A DNA stretch of 64,000 bases from Candidatus Bathyarchaeota archaeon (GCA_963833575.1 CAWHXY010000007.1:128001-192000), one strand, 5' to 3'. Shown: positions 40,256-51,408, counted from the first letter of the stretch. A program made the numbers and translations. The notes: generated from the sequence alone by a model not told the origin.

Positions 40256-41506
40256 ATGGCAACTGACGAAGTGCTCAGTTTACTAGTTGATTTCATAAAT
40301 AAAAATTCGAACGTAGCTGACATACAATGGGACCGACGCATGAGTCCACGGTTGCTTTTTAATCCGTACTCAGAAAAATATGAAGAGCGCAAAACGATTG
40401 CCCACTACTTTCTATTGGCTGCATCAATACTTGACGATACAGTCGTAGGTTACCCTGAAAATGCTCGCATGCTTCTTGGTTATCTTCATGAAGCCTTCGG
40501 AACGAGCCTTTTCGAAATAAAAAAAGGGCATATATTCGAAGAAGAAATCGTAAAATGCGATTTTTATCATGACTTGGGGCCAAACAAGAAAGCAGCATCA
40601 GAAATTTTAGCTTCAGTTAACTTATTTGTTAAGAATAATGCTGAAAGAAACTTGCTAAAATACGCCCAAAAATTCAGCAAGCCAAAAATTTTCGTTGATG
40701 ATATTTCGCAAAATATCAAAGCATTGGGTGGACCGCATGTTGATAAAGCATGGATTTATCTACGTTGGATGGTTCGGCCTCAACCTGACCTGCAAATCTA
40801 TGATCATCTGTTACCGGAAGACCTTTATGTTCCCTTAACAAAGGAAAATGCAAACGTCGCCGCCAGCTTAAGTTTAATACCTTCAGCTTCGCCGTCTTTG
40901 TGGCGAGATGAAAAAACAGCTGCTGATGGCAGGCAAAAAATAACTGATTTTGCAAAACGACTCTTTCCCTTAGACCCCGCAAAGGTTGACTATCCATTTT
41001 TCCTCTTAGGCAGATGGCTTAAACAAAAAACACTCAACCGCTACACATTGAAAACAGCGCTGGATTTTCTTGATCGCATGCAGACAATAACTGGTCAATC
41101 CCAAGCTTATTACCAAAAAATGAGCCGCTACAAAAGTGGATGGGAGAAAAAAACTGCTCTTACCCTTTTAAAAATGCATATTCCATACGGCTATGAAACT
41201 ATAAGCTTCCCATTACCTAACAATGAGGTTTATACCCCTGATTTCATTTTGGAAAAAAAACTCAATGGAAGAAAAATTGTACTTGAACCTCATTTTGAAA
41301 TGACTAAAACACAGGCTCGCAAATACGCGTTGTTCAAACGAACTTATGGTCACGAATTCATTCTGATACTTTTACTTAAAAACGATCTAATTCCGCTGTA
41401 TCATCAAAGAAAAATATTAACTGATGATGTTTGCGATGATGTTTGGCCAATTGAGTTTATTCATTTGTTAGCTGAAAAAATTAGAAGAGGAACCTACGGC
41501 GAGTAG
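40256..41506 (+). CDS. DUF2400 (HhH-like) domain fused to C-terminal PD-(D/E)XK endonuclease domain
   Basis: YLRWMVR..PDL....LYVPL and FPLDPAKVDY (DUF2400-like); YKSGWE...YE...YTPDFIL...VLEPH. Confidence 0.7.
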   Translation: MATDEVLSLLVDFINKNSNVADIQWDRRMSPRLLFNPYSEKYEERKTIAHYFLLAASILDDTVVGYPENARMLLGYLHEAFGTSLFEIKKGHIFEEEIVKCDFYHDLGPNKKAASEILASVNLFVKNNAERNLLKYAQKFSKPKIFVDDISQNIKALGGPHVDKAWIYLRWMVRPQPDLQIYDHLLPEDLYVPLTKENANVAASLSLIPSASPSLWRDEKTAADGRQKITDFAKRLFPLDPAKVDYPFFLLGRWLKQKTLNRYTLKTALDFLDRMQTITGQSQAYYQKMSRYKSGWEKKTALTLLKMHIPYGYETISFPLPNNEVYTPDFILEKKLNGRKIVLEPHFEMTKTQARKYALFKRTYGHEFILILLLKNDLIPLYHQRKILTDDVCDDVWPIEFIHLLAEKIRRGTYGE

Positions 41507-41564
41507 CCATGTCTTTTCAGAGGCTGTTAATTAAGCAGCACGACCCAATGTTGCTGATGAAAGG

Positions 41565-41927
41565 ATGACGCAGGACAGTTTCAAACCAATAGTAGTATGG
41601 CTCGTTCTTAACGGAAAAACCGAAGAAGCACTCACACTGTTAGCAAAAAACTACAAAGTCAATGTTCCTGAACTCAAAGTCGGTTTACCAAAAGGGCACA
41701 AAATAAAAGCGTTCGGCTGCTATACGGCAAAAAATCAAACTATATCAGTTTTAAACAGCGACATATTGGTAAATCCATTTGTTATCGTGCATGAGTTTTA
41801 TCATCATTTGCGCAGTAAAGGGGTTGACGGAGTGCATCGTGGAACGGAAGGTAACGCTGACAAATTTGCTCTTGACTTCCTGAGGGAATATGAAGCAGCT
41901 GTAAAAAAAGCTCAGGAAGTTACTTAG
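41565..41927 (+). CDS. small zincin-like HExxH protein
   Basis: IVHEFYHH...TEGNADKFA. Confidence 0.7.
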   Translation: MTQDSFKPIVVWLVLNGKTEEALTLLAKNYKVNVPELKVGLPKGHKIKAFGCYTAKNQTISVLNSDILVNPFVIVHEFYHHLRSKGVDGVHRGTEGNADKFALDFLREYEAAVKKAQEVT

Positions 41928-42331
41928 AAATCTTTTCCTAAGGCGGCAATTACCTCAATAGGTAATCTGTCAGCGTTGGAATCGTATGCTGCAACGCTGT
42001 TTAGACCTTCAAATGGGTACCCCACGATCATTAGGATTCGACCAAAAAAATAGTTCATATCCACATGGCTGGGTGAAATGTTGCCTGAAGGGTGGGAATG
42101 TACTGTGCCTACTAACGAAAAGTCTCCAGAAAACATGTAAGGGTTAAAGTGAGCAAATCCCTGCCCGTGAACGGCGAAGGGTGCTAGAACAAGATCTGTT
42201 ATTTTGATAATTCCTTTGTTCTTTTTGCCTCTTAACAATAGGAAGCTTTCTCTGGGGTAAAGTTGTTTGGCTCCATCGTAAATAGCGTCAAGTATATCTT
42301 TTGGAACCTGAACGAGGGTTGCTGTTGCCAT
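41924..42331 (-). CDS. JAMM/MPN+ metalloprotease
   Basis: YPRE, GTVHSHPSG..SPS..D. Confidence 0.88.
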   Translation of the reverse strand: MATATLVQVPKDILDAIYDGAKQLYPRESFLLLRGKKNKGIIKITDLVLAPFAVHGQGFAHFNPYMFSGDFSLVGTVHSHPSGNISPSHVDMNYFFGRILMIVGYPFEGLNSVAAYDSNADRLPIEVIAALGKDF

Positions 42332-42483
42332 GCAAAAAAGATGCCTGTGTTGGTTAATTACTTTTGCTTAACACTTTTTTATAAAGATATTGGGGAATTA
42401 TGTTTAAAACAAAAAGCCTGATTTACAGGACCAGTCGGTAAACATTTTAAGCGCGAGCGAAGTAGAAGTGTTGATTTGTCTGT

Positions 42484-42571
42484 GCCGAGGTGGCAGAGTG
42501 GTTAACGCGCGGGCCTTGAGAGCCCGTGGACTCTCGAGTCCGCATGGGTTCGAATCCCATCCTCGGCGCCA
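42484..42571 (+). tRNA. tRNA-Ser(TGA)
   Basis: GCCGAGG acceptor, CGGGC-CTTGAGA-GCCCG anticodon arm, long variable arm, encoded CCA. Confidence 0.95.
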
Positions 42572-42666
42572 ACAGTTCTTTCTGGAGTTAAGGAAGTTTC
42601 AAGGTAAATTCTTCTTAGAAATGTGTGCTAAAAGAAAAAGGGATGAGGGAAAGGGGGATTTTGTGG

Positions 42667-43236
42667 TTATTCTACGGGACCAATGGGTAAAACTGTTTTT
42701 GCGTGTGCTTCGTTTAGGACTTCTGCTATTCCTAGGTAGACTGCGCTTGCGCCGCATATGACGCCTTCGATGCCAACGAATGTGTTGAATGTTATCGATC
42801 CAGACAATACGGGGTTGTTTGTTAACTCTCTAGTTGCCAGCATAAAGAACAGTACGGTTAGGCTGCCAAAGACGAATTGCAAGGCGCGGTTAGCTTTAAG
42901 GGTGCCAAAGAACATGCCAAACGTAAAGATGCCCCACATAATGAAGTACGCCGCCAACGAAGACGATGAAGGACCTGCGAATCCAGTGAATTTCGGCAGA
43001 ATCAGAAGCAGAACTAGACTCCACCAGAACAAGCCGTATGATAGGAATGCTACAGTGCCAAATGTGTTGCCTTTCTTAAACTCCATTATGCCAACGATTA
43101 TTTGGGCTATGCCGCCGTAAGCTATGCCCATTGCCAGAATGACTGTGTCGAGAGGAAAAACGCCCGCATTGACTAAGTTGAGAAGAACAGTAGTTACGCC
43201 AAAGCCAAGAAGCCCAAGAGGTGCAGGATTAGCCAA
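42667..43236 (-). CDS. satP: acetate uptake transporter, GPR1/FUN34/SatP family
   Basis: [12 protein letters not shown] signature, GNTFG, YGLFW. Confidence 0.92.
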   Translation of the reverse strand: MANPAPLGLLGFGVTTVLLNLVNAGVFPLDTVILAMGIAYGGIAQIIVGIMEFKKGNTFGTVAFLSYGLFWWSLVLLLILPKFTGFAGPSSSSLAAYFIMWGIFTFGMFFGTLKANRALQFVFGSLTVLFFMLATRELTNNPVLSGSITFNTFVGIEGVICGASAVYLGIAEVLNEAHAKTVLPIGPVE

Positions 43237-43300
43237 TTTTTGTATTATACTCGTTTTTATTTGCTCCTTTTTTTGTTGGATAGTGTTTTGTATGATTCAC

Positions 43301-43423
43301 ATAAATGGATTATGAATTCTGAATCAGAGTCGGATTTAGAATAAGCGTTTATTTTACAGATTGCTCTTGAACTTATTCATATTCAGACTTAGAATCTGAT
43401 TCCAAAATTCATAATTCATTTAT
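43301..43423. promoter_or_regulatory. symmetrical divergent promoter region (long imperfect inverted repeat)
   Basis: ataaatggattatgaattctgaatcaga..gtcggatttagaataag mirrored by cttattcatattcagac..tctgattccaaaattcataattcatttat. Confidence 0.6.
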
Positions 43424-43457
43424 ATACAAACCGCAAGACTACGAACAAAAATAGACA

Positions 43458-44981
43458 ATGGAGAAAAAAATTATGGTAGACGACCCCCAAAAAAAGAACA
43501 CTGATTATGAAAAAACGATCGAAAACTTAGAAAAAGAAATTAAGAAACTAAAAATTACAAATACTGAACTCTTAAAATCGCAAGCCAAAGTGCTTGAAGA
43601 CGCAATTAAAGGCGCCAAAGATATCGTTAAGAGCAACGAAGAAACAATCAAGACAGGCCGCAAAATGGCAGAATTATCAAATACAGTAAACCAATCAGCA
43701 GGTGTTGTCGCAAAACTAGCTACAGAAACCACCTTAACTATAGAAAAAGTCGCAAGCGCAGCCAAAAACGTAGGAGATGTCGCTGGAAAGCTTACATCTA
43801 ATGCAGAAAACGCAACAAAAGCAAGCGGGCGTGTCCTAGAAATGGGCAGACAAGTCTCAAATGTTTCAAACCAAATGGCAATCGGCATGCAGCAAGTCAG
43901 CACCGCATCGCAGCAGGTATCTACTGGCGCTCAGAAACTTGCAGACTTATCACAAGGTGCAGCAAGAAACACTGAATCATTAAAAAAAGTTATGGACGAA
44001 GCAGGATTAATCGCACGCGAAGCAACAACTGTAACTGGCGAAGCTCTAAGGAAATCGAGAGAAGCTAATGAAAAAAGCCAAAAAGGCTTAAAGGCAATTG
44101 AAAACATCAAAACCGATATAACCAAAGTTTCCGATGCTGTCACTTCAATGGTTAATTCTGTAGAGCAAGTAGGTCAGATGGCTAATTCTGTATCGGATAT
44201 CGCTGGACAAACTAACATGCTAGCGTTAAACGCAGCAATTGAAGCAGCTAGGGCTGGCGAGGCAGGCAGAGGCTTCGCGGTAGTCGCTGATGCAGTTAAG
44301 GGCTTAGCCGGTCAATCAAAGGTCGCAGCTGGATCAGCTATAAATCTAGTGAAAAACATTAAAGACGCAGGCAACCAGACAAGCAGCATTTCTAAGCAGT
44401 CTCAACTAGGTGCCGAAGAAGGAGCCAACATAGTTCTAGGTGCTATCAAAGAATCTGAAGGCATCGCAACAATCATGGGCGACATGAATGACAAAGTAAA
44501 TAACCTGACAAATGGCGTTGAACGCGGACTTGATGCTATAAGTTCTGTTAGCAAAACTATTGAAGAAGTGGCAAGCATAGCTGAGGAAAGTTCCTCTGCC
44601 TCCGAAGAAGCATCATCAGCAGTAGAAGAGCAGACAGCAGCAGCACAACAAATGGCGGAAATCGCAAAAGATGTTTCGGACACGGCAGAAAACCTTGAAA
44701 ATATGTCCAAAACAGTCGCCTCAAATGCGCAAGAAATGTCTAAATTGGCAATCGGAGTAAGCGGCGATGCTGCAACGGTTGAAAAATCAGCTAAGGAAAT
44801 TGGCATGCAGATAGAAAAAGTTGCGGCTGCAACTCAAGCAGTTCGAGAGGAAGCATTGGCCTCAATTCAGGCAGGCGAAAAAACAAACGTTGATCTTCAG
44901 AAACTGATTGATTACCGCACAGGATTACTTAACGAAATTCTCACGAAATATAATGTCAAAAACAACAGTGAAGAACAATGA
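43458..44981 (+). CDS. soluble methyl-accepting chemotaxis protein
   Basis: [34 protein letters not shown]; no TM segment. Confidence 0.92.
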   Translation: MEKKIMVDDPQKKNTDYEKTIENLEKEIKKLKITNTELLKSQAKVLEDAIKGAKDIVKSNEETIKTGRKMAELSNTVNQSAGVVAKLATETTLTIEKVASAAKNVGDVAGKLTSNAENATKASGRVLEMGRQVSNVSNQMAIGMQQVSTASQQVSTGAQKLADLSQGAARNTESLKKVMDEAGLIAREATTVTGEALRKSREANEKSQKGLKAIENIKTDITKVSDAVTSMVNSVEQVGQMANSVSDIAGQTNMLALNAAIEAARAGEAGRGFAVVADAVKGLAGQSKVAAGSAINLVKNIKDAGNQTSSISKQSQLGAEEGANIVLGAIKESEGIATIMGDMNDKVNNLTNGVERGLDAISSVSKTIEEVASIAEESSSASEEASSAVEEQTAAAQQMAEIAKDVSDTAENLENMSKTVASNAQEMSKLAIGVSGDAATVEKSAKEIGMQIEKVAAATQAVREEALASIQAGEKTNVDLQKLIDYRTGLLNEILTKYNVKNNSEEQ

Positions 44982-45451
44982 TGCAAAACGTAACCCAAAC
45001 TGGGGACATACAAATCGTAAACTTCAACGTAGACTCAGTTGACTATGGTGTACCAGTAGAGCAAGTTCGTGAAGTCAGGGACATGCAATCCGTAACCCCA
45101 GTTCCAGGCTCCCCCATTTTCGTGGAAGGCGTCACAAACCTCAGAGGACAAATAATAACAGTGATGGATCTTCGGAAACGTTTAGGGCTGCCTCAGAAAA
45201 CTGGAGCAGGCGAAAAAATAATAATCATTGACATGGGCAAACACGCTGTCGGAATCATAGTAGACTCTGTTACCGAAGTTTCGACCATAAAAGACCCAGA
45301 TATCGAAAGAAATTCAGAAGTAACCTCATCACTAGACGGATCCATAATAGGCGTTGGAAAGCAAGGAAACCGTCTAACCATCATTCTTGACCTAGTCAAA
45401 ACAATCACAAAAGTAAAAGATCAACTGCCAGAAACACAAATACCTCAATAA
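44978..45451 (+). CDS. cheW: chemotaxis adaptor CheW
   Basis: [32 protein letters not shown]. Confidence 0.93.
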   Translation: MMQNVTQTGDIQIVNFNVDSVDYGVPVEQVREVRDMQSVTPVPGSPIFVEGVTNLRGQIITVMDLRKRLGLPQKTGAGEKIIIIDMGKHAVGIIVDSVTEVSTIKDPDIERNSEVTSSLDGSIIGVGKQGNRLTIILDLVKTITKVKDQLPETQIPQ

Positions 45452-45464
45452 GAAGCTTAAAAGA

Positions 45465-45512
45465 TTAAGTCATGCCAAGGAGAGGCCAAGACTTAACTCT
45501 TTATTCTTTTTT
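45465..45512. terminator. hairpin plus T-tract between convergent cheW and PadR genes
   Basis: ttaagtc...gacttaa stem followed by T-rich run. Confidence 0.4.
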
Positions 45513-45537
45513 ATTTCAACTAAAAAAATTTTGAGAA

Positions 45538-45921
45538 TTAAATCATTAAAAACTTTTGGGCAAATTCTCCCATGGCCTTGTTAAAGTTCGCCATCATTTG
45601 TGTTATAACTTCTCGTCCTTCATCCGTTAACTTGTAGACAGTTTTTCTTCCTTCTGGTACGCCTTTTATGAGCCCTTTGCGCTCAATCGAGTAAAGGGTT
45701 GCATATACAGTGCCTGGGCTCAACATTCCGCCAAAAGTTTCATTGACAAAGCCAATTACATCATATCCGCTTAAACCACTTTGCTTCTTCATTTCGGTCA
45801 AGATTAGTATGTCGAGAAAGTTTTTGACGACACGGATTTCAATCTCTCTTTGTGAATAACCTTTAATCCTTTTAGTTGCAGGTTCTTCGCTTTTTTTACG
45901 TGCGCCCAATTTTTTCCTCAC
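45538..45921 (-). CDS. PadR-family transcriptional regulator
   Basis: LSGYDVI, SPGTVYATLYSIERKG, VYKLTDEG. Confidence 0.88.
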   Translation of the reverse strand: MRKKLGARKKSEEPATKRIKGYSQREIEIRVVKNFLDILILTEMKKQSGLSGYDVIGFVNETFGGMLSPGTVYATLYSIERKGLIKGVPEGRKTVYKLTDEGREVITQMMANFNKAMGEFAQKFLMI

Positions 45922-46391
45922 GCTTTAGCAGTTTAGTACTTTATACATTATTAAACATTTCAAGTAAAGATTTTTGCTCTGAAAGTAGACATTTTTCCGC
46001 AGATACGTTGTAAATTTTCCATATTTTCAACAAATTATCTAAACTAACTCATTTATAGCTCTATTCTGAGATTGATAATCAAGCCAAATGGCTTAATCAT
46101 GTGCTTGCTCTTTTAACCAATTAGTTATAGCAAGGGCTTGATTTTGAGAGATTTGTAGTAAAGCTTTTAAGAATTGTAAAGATAGAAAGACCTGAACAGT
46201 GACAGAGAAGGTTAAACGGTGAGGATGGACTTTATTGGATGTGACATTATAGATTGCGCGCAGCAGCTGCTGTTGATAAAGTTAAGTCATGAAGTCCACG
46301 TCCATATGTTTGCTAACTTCAAGAGCCAAGAGAAACAGGTTAGCTTTATGTCTCAAAGCAAACTATATAGTTTAAGGATCAAGAAAATAGT

Positions 46392-47582
46392 ATGATAATA
46401 CTTGATTATGTAATTTCACTTATTTGGTTTTCTCCGTTTCTATACATTGTTGTTTTACTTTTTGGGAAAATATTTAACAAGACAAGAAAATCAACTCTTT
46501 TAAAACAAAAAGGTCAGTCTGAGAAAAAAATTGAAAACATTATCTTTCAGATACCCACGATAGGTAATGTTAAATCAGTAAATAAAATATTTGAAACGGT
46601 AAAAAACTATAATTTGCCTATCCCTTTAGAAACCTGGGTAATTGTTGAAGAATGGGATACACACAAGACTGAATATTTATGCGACAAGGTCGTTGTTGTT
46701 CCCAAAGACTTTGAATGCGAGGATTTGTACAAGGGTCGTGCATTAGAATACGCACGCAGATTAAGACAGAAATTAGTTGACGATAATAAACTGGGCTCAA
46801 ACTACATATTGCTTCAAGGCGACGACGATGCAGTGCCTAGTCTAGAATTCATAAAAGAATGTATAACCGTACAAGCTGACATACTGATTGGAACGATTAC
46901 CCCTCAAGTAAACGGCGTATGGAACACCATTCTTGATTATGAACGAAGTGTAGCCTGCGGAATCTTCTGCAATTTCTTCACAAACCTCGGTCAACCACTT
47001 TGGGCTCATGGCGAAGGCACCTGCATGAGTAGCCAAGTAGACAGGAACGTTTCATATGACATAAGCACCTTCACACATAATACTAAGCACAAATTAATAC
47101 TCAACGAAGACTCTTTTTACTTCCACAAAGCCGCATTAATGGGCTACAGCATCTTTAATTCAGAAGAAAAAATTTTCATACTCCCGCCATTCACTTTCAG
47201 CGATGCAGTGAAACAAAGACGCAGATGGCTTTGGGGGCAAGTAACAATTCTAAGTCAAAAAATGCTTCCTCTCCCAAACAGACTTAGGTTGAGCATAATA
47301 GGGTTTTCAGGATTATGGTTATTCTCACTTGGAACCATAGGATTACCATTATACTACTTGCGAATCGTAAATATCCCGTCTGTTCTCTTGCCATGGACAT
47401 TTATCAGTCTAGGCGTATGGCTTGCAACTAGAGCTTATACCATTGGCGTGTGTATGGGTTGGAAACATGCCCTTGCAGGTACCGCAGCAAGCTACCTGAC
47501 TGTCGCGTTAAACTTTATCACTCATTTAATAGGATTCCTAAAAGGGAACCCGCGAAAATTCGAAGTAATCCGCAAGGAATAA
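46392..47582 (+). CDS. membrane GT2-family glycosyltransferase
   Basis: KGRALEY, DDD, NEDS, QRRRW; N- and C-terminal TM helices. Confidence 0.85.
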   Translation: MIILDYVISLIWFSPFLYIVVLLFGKIFNKTRKSTLLKQKGQSEKKIENIIFQIPTIGNVKSVNKIFETVKNYNLPIPLETWVIVEEWDTHKTEYLCDKVVVVPKDFECEDLYKGRALEYARRLRQKLVDDNKLGSNYILLQGDDDAVPSLEFIKECITVQADILIGTITPQVNGVWNTILDYERSVACGIFCNFFTNLGQPLWAHGEGTCMSSQVDRNVSYDISTFTHNTKHKLILNEDSFYFHKAALMGYSIFNSEEKIFILPPFTFSDAVKQRRRWLWGQVTILSQKMLPLPNRLRLSIIGFSGLWLFSLGTIGLPLYYLRIVNIPSVLLPWTFISLGVWLATRAYTIGVCMGWKHALAGTAASYLTVALNFITHLIGFLKGNPRKFEVIRKE

Positions 47583-47639
47583 TCAGCTCTTATTCTGCTC
47601 TTCATAAAAACGACATGATTTCTCATACAAACTTATTTA

Positions 47640-48584
47640 CTATGAAGTTTCTGTTTTTCTTTTTAGCGTAAAACTCCGTTTTGTATTTGTAGCGGTATTG
47701 ACTATCTCGTTTACACTTAATGCAATAACAGCATATATTGGAATCCAATCATAGGGATAACTCTGCGAGATAACGAACCCGCTCGTTTCACTGCGCAAAA
47801 ATGTAAGACCAATGTTGTGGTAAAAGAAAAAAGGCAAATTTGTAATGGCAAGAAACGAGACAGTGCCTGCAATAAACGGGATCATCTGTTTTCTGTTGTA
47901 CCATAAAAGTAGCGGAAGCGCGAGAAGCGAAGCACGCGGATCGAATGCACTAAATGCAAATAGCAAAGAAGATACCCATGGTCTTTTGGTAAACCCAAAG
48001 TATAACGCTCCTACTAAGATGGTTGTTTGAAGCACGTGGGCATTCGCTAATGCATAACCTACATAGTAAGCTGGAGAGAACGACTGTGCATTCAAGCTAA
48101 AGAATCTGTACTGAATTAGGTTAAGAGCGGCCTGATTTATGGGCGGAGTCGGTAGGGGTTCTAACAAAATAATAATAGCTGCTGCAGCTGCAAAACCTAA
48201 GGTTTTGTCCTTAACAATTTTGTAAACAAAAAAAGCTAGAGCGGGAATCAAAGCAACTTGCATTATGTCAAAAACAGTAAGTGCATTCTGATAACTTAAG
48301 GCTAGGAAGGGTGCAAAAAGAATCAAAAAGGAAGGAGTGTACTTGAACGTTTGTGGTGCCGGTAGAATTTGGTAATCTCCCGGCTGAACGCCGCCCCAGT
48401 AGATTGCAGTTGGATTGTGGAACAAGCGCCATTCTCCTATGTAGTAAGCCGAGAAATCTCTTGCCCAAGAGGTCGATTCTGGTTTAGGTGTTTCAGGGAA
48501 AGCAAGGCAAAACGTGAACGCGTTTAACGCCACAGCTACTAAGATTGCTGATATAATTTTCTCATTTTTTGTGAGCGTTCTCAT
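47640..48584 (-). CDS. GT87/DUF2029-like polytopic glycosyltransferase
   Basis: RDFSAYY...F.YTPSFLILFAPF. Confidence 0.7.
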   Translation of the reverse strand: MRTLTKNEKIISAILVAVALNAFTFCLAFPETPKPESTSWARDFSAYYIGEWRLFHNPTAIYWGGVQPGDYQILPAPQTFKYTPSFLILFAPFLALSYQNALTVFDIMQVALIPALAFFVYKIVKDKTLGFAAAAAIIILLEPLPTPPINQAALNLIQYRFFSLNAQSFSPAYYVGYALANAHVLQTTILVGALYFGFTKRPWVSSLLFAFSAFDPRASLLALPLLLWYNRKQMIPFIAGTVSFLAITNLPFFFYHNIGLTFLRSETSGFVISQSYPYDWIPIYAVIALSVNEIVNTATNTKRSFTLKRKTETS

Positions 48585-48745
48585 TTTTGCTTTACATCGC
48601 TTTATCCAGGTCTTATCCTATTTAATGGATAACCTTGAACCTTTTTTACAAGCAATATCAAAGAGGGTAATTAGTGCAAAATTGTTTACTAGATTAATTT
48701 ATTTTTTTGTCCAAATAACTTGAGAAGTTTGCATTCCATCCTTCC

Positions 48746-49192
48746 CTAGTATCTCACACTTAGATACAATAATATCGATAATGCAAAGAACTCAAATAAG
48801 CCTGGCAGAAACTCGAATGGTCCAAGTCCGTATGCTCGAAATCTAAAGAATGATATTATGAATGGGTTAGAGGTCAGGTCTTTCATCAGGAAAGCTAGCG
48901 CGAAAATTACGAGTCCTATAGTGAAATGTGAATGAGTTTTACGATAGACATCTATGTAAATCAAAGTCAAAACAATTAAGAGCGCTATGTTGATTGATGA
49001 GAGTATTGTATATCCCGCATAGAAAAATTCAAAGTCTCCTGGAAGAGAATTGACAGGGGCTATTCTCGTCTGAAACCCTGGAAACTGAGGTCTACTTTCA
49101 ATAAATACCCAAATAGTGGCAAGAATAGCTACTACTACCAAAATAGTAAAAATTATGCCAACTTTTAATCTCTTGTCCATTTGTCTCACCAT
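48746..49192 (-). CDS. membrane protein
   Basis: About 4 TM helices; YRKTHSHFTIGL motif; downstream of an ArsR-type wHTH gene. Confidence 0.7.
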   Translation of the reverse strand: MVRQMDKRLKVGIIFTILVVVAILATIWVFIESRPQFPGFQTRIAPVNSLPGDFEFFYAGYTILSSINIALLIVLTLIYIDVYRKTHSHFTIGLVIFALAFLMKDLTSNPFIISFFRFRAYGLGPFEFLPGLFEFFALSILLYLSVRY

Positions 49193-49210
49193 CTTCTCCT
49201 ACCCCTTTTT

Positions 49211-49513
49211 CTACTTTTTCCCGATTTTCTTCATAATCTCCTCAAACATCACGTAGTTCTCTTCCATAGTTTGTGAGAGAAAGTAGGTTGCACCATACCT
49301 ATCTCCGATGGATGTAATTATCTTGTTTTTTTCAAGAACTTCAAGATGATGCCGCATCGTTTTATAGTCCATTTTAAGCAAGGTTGCTAATTGATTTGCG
49401 TTTTGCGGAGTCTCTTTTAATGCCTCAATAATTTTTGCACGAGTTGGCCCGCCTCGGGTACCTGCTATTAACCACCCAAGCAAGTATTTTAGTGAACGGG
49501 CATTTGAAGACAT
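49211..49513 (-). CDS. ArsR-like winged-helix regulator
   Basis: GTRGGPTRAKII..L...P.NANQLA..L.MDYKT.RHHL.VL. Confidence 0.88.
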   Translation of the reverse strand: MSSNARSLKYLLGWLIAGTRGGPTRAKIIEALKETPQNANQLATLLKMDYKTMRHHLEVLEKNKIITSIGDRYGATYFLSQTMEENYVMFEEIMKKIGKK

Positions 49514-49633
49514 TTATAGGACTCCTTATTGGCAGAGATTCTTTCTCATTGTTAATCTTTGTCAAGTAATAAATGTGTTCTTCAAGACCATAGTTGTTGA
49601 AACTTACGTTGGCAACTTATCCATTAACAGGCT

Positions 49634-49982
49634 ATGGGATTTGGAAAACTTAGACGGTCACATAGGATGGGCATGAACAGAAGATTCAGAGGACCAGAAG
49701 CTTTTGGTTCTATCCAAGTAAGCTCTGACTTTACCCAAAACGTACCGAATATTGCAAAAAATGACACTGACGTTCCAAATCTTCTAAACCAAGGTTACAA
49801 CATAACTTCAGTTAGACCAGTAATCAACACAGTAATTGATGGAAACGGCCACATAGCTACCAAAGCCTTTAGCGCAGATTTAACCTTATAAAGGAGCAAT
49901 GGTAGAATTTGTGGTGGTTGACCTAACTCAAGCTAAAGTTACAAAGATTGTTAATCTGACAAGGACAGAAATCGACAAGTAA
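49634..49982 (+). pseudogene. decayed hypothetical protein
   Basis: ADLTL* then, after a frameshift, FVVVDLTQAKVTKIVNLTRTEIDK*. Confidence 0.5.
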
Positions 49983-50240
49983 GCTTCACAATTTTTTCTT
50001 TTTCTTAATTATTCGCTACTTTTAACATGTCAAAAAAATGTACTTTTGCTTCTCGTTTCATGTTCACAAGATAAGGTGAGTGATTGTAGAATTCCTGACA
50101 AATCTTTCTCCTCAAGGCCAAAATGGAAAAACGACAAATTGATTTATTGTCAAGTGATAATAAAGAAACATTTGAAATATCATTTCTTAATAAAATAATT
50201 TGTTGTGCAATCAAATTAAGAAAAAGAGAAGGAGACCTAT

Positions 50241-51020
50241 TTAGTTTACCTCGTTATTCTCTATCTTTCTTGCCATTTCAGCCAGAATTTTTGTGAATGG
50301 ATGGTCCGCTTTGTCTTGAACGAAAATTAGGTTGCCTTCAGCTCTTAAAATTTCGCAGAAACATGGCACGATTCCTAACATTGGCACTTGATACGCTATT
50401 TTTACTTTGTTGCTCATTTCAGATTTTTTGGCAGTTGCGGACGCATCAAGCACCTTGTTTAGAACTAGGCCTGTCTTTTTCTCAAATAAGCTATATAGTT
50501 CTTTTAGCATGCGTTTTGTTCCGTCGACATCTGACCTGTCTCCAGTTGTTGCAACGACCACGAAGTCAGCAGCTACGATAGCGTTTATGGATGAGTATTG
50601 TAATCCTGGGCTGGTGTCGAGAAATATATAATCAAAATTTTGATCTGTAAGTAACGATTCCCTTAGTGCCAAAAGTCGGCCTAAAGCGCGCATTTCCCAT
50701 TTTCGATCCTTTGATGACATGTCTCTAATTGCTTCAGTTGCAGGATTTGCTAAGCCGGCAAAGAACTTGCCGTTTCCCGATATTTTGTCGCTTAAATCCA
50801 CAAGGACCTTATCTATATCGACCGTGTTGTTTAGGTAATCGTTGAACCAGTATTCGGAGTTCTCTGCTTTCAATATGGCAAATAAACTGGGTGCTCGGAA
50901 GTCAAGATCAAAAATGCACACTTTTTTACCGTTTTTTGCAAAAGTAGCAGCTAAATTGACCGATAGGAGTGTTTTTCCTGTTCCGCCTTTATATGAATGT
51001 ACAGCGATTATTTTACTCAT
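50241..51020 (-). CDS. MinD/ParA-family ATPase
   Basis: YKGGTGKT, FDLDFRAP, LDTSPG, VLNKV. Confidence 0.9.
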   Translation of the reverse strand: MSKIIAVHSYKGGTGKTLLSVNLAATFAKNGKKVCIFDLDFRAPSLFAILKAENSEYWFNDYLNNTVDIDKVLVDLSDKISGNGKFFAGLANPATEAIRDMSSKDRKWEMRALGRLLALRESLLTDQNFDYIFLDTSPGLQYSSINAIVAADFVVVATTGDRSDVDGTKRMLKELYSLFEKKTGLVLNKVLDASATAKKSEMSNKVKIAYQVPMLGIVPCFCEILRAEGNLIFVQDKADHPFTKILAEMARKIENNEVN

Positions 51021-51024
51021 AATC

Positions 51025-51408
51025 TCACCCTTGTGTTTCCTTGTCTATGTAAAAATAGGCTTTTCTTCCCTTGCGTTCTTTTTTGAGGTAACCCATAATT
51101 ACCAGCTGATTAAGATATGCGCTTTCTACTGCCCTTGCTCTTTTTGTTTGCTCAGCTATTTCTTCAGCAGTTGCTCGGCTACATCTGCATATTGACATGG
51201 CTGTTTTTCTCAAGTGATCAGGCATAGAAAGGAGCGTCATAACATCTAATGAAGCATCAGGTAACGATGCTGTAGATTTATGATTGTCACTACCATTCTT
51301 TTGAATTTCAATCATAACCTCAATCTTGTCATTTAACCTCTCGAGGCTTTCCTCAATTTTTTCAAGGATATTCAACGGTCTTTTAGTTAATATTTGGTCT
51401 TTAATCAC
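51025..51408 (-). CDS. wHTH protein with N-terminal coiled coil
   Basis: LPDHLRKTA-like segment, ATAEEIA..T.RARAVES.YLNQL..MGY. Confidence 0.8.
   Translation of the reverse strand: MIKDQILTKRPLNILEKIEESLERLNDKIEVMIEIQKNGSDNHKSTASLPDASLDVMTLLSMPDHLRKTAMSICRCSRATAEEIAEQTKRARAVESAYLNQLVIMGYLKKERKGRKAYFYIDKETQG

Noticed and set aside
42484-42571. tRNA-Sec or suppressor tRNA
   Set aside because: The anticodon is TGA (reads UCA, Ser), with a normal 7-bp acceptor stem.
42468-42761. 97-aa ORF in the track
   Set aside because: It overlaps tRNA-Ser and the satP 3' end, so it is a spurious frame.
46223-46303. possible structured ncRNA (tggactt/aagtcca stem, cagcagctgctg palindrome)
   Set aside because: The stems are short with no family motif and are compatible with chance or a decayed ORF.
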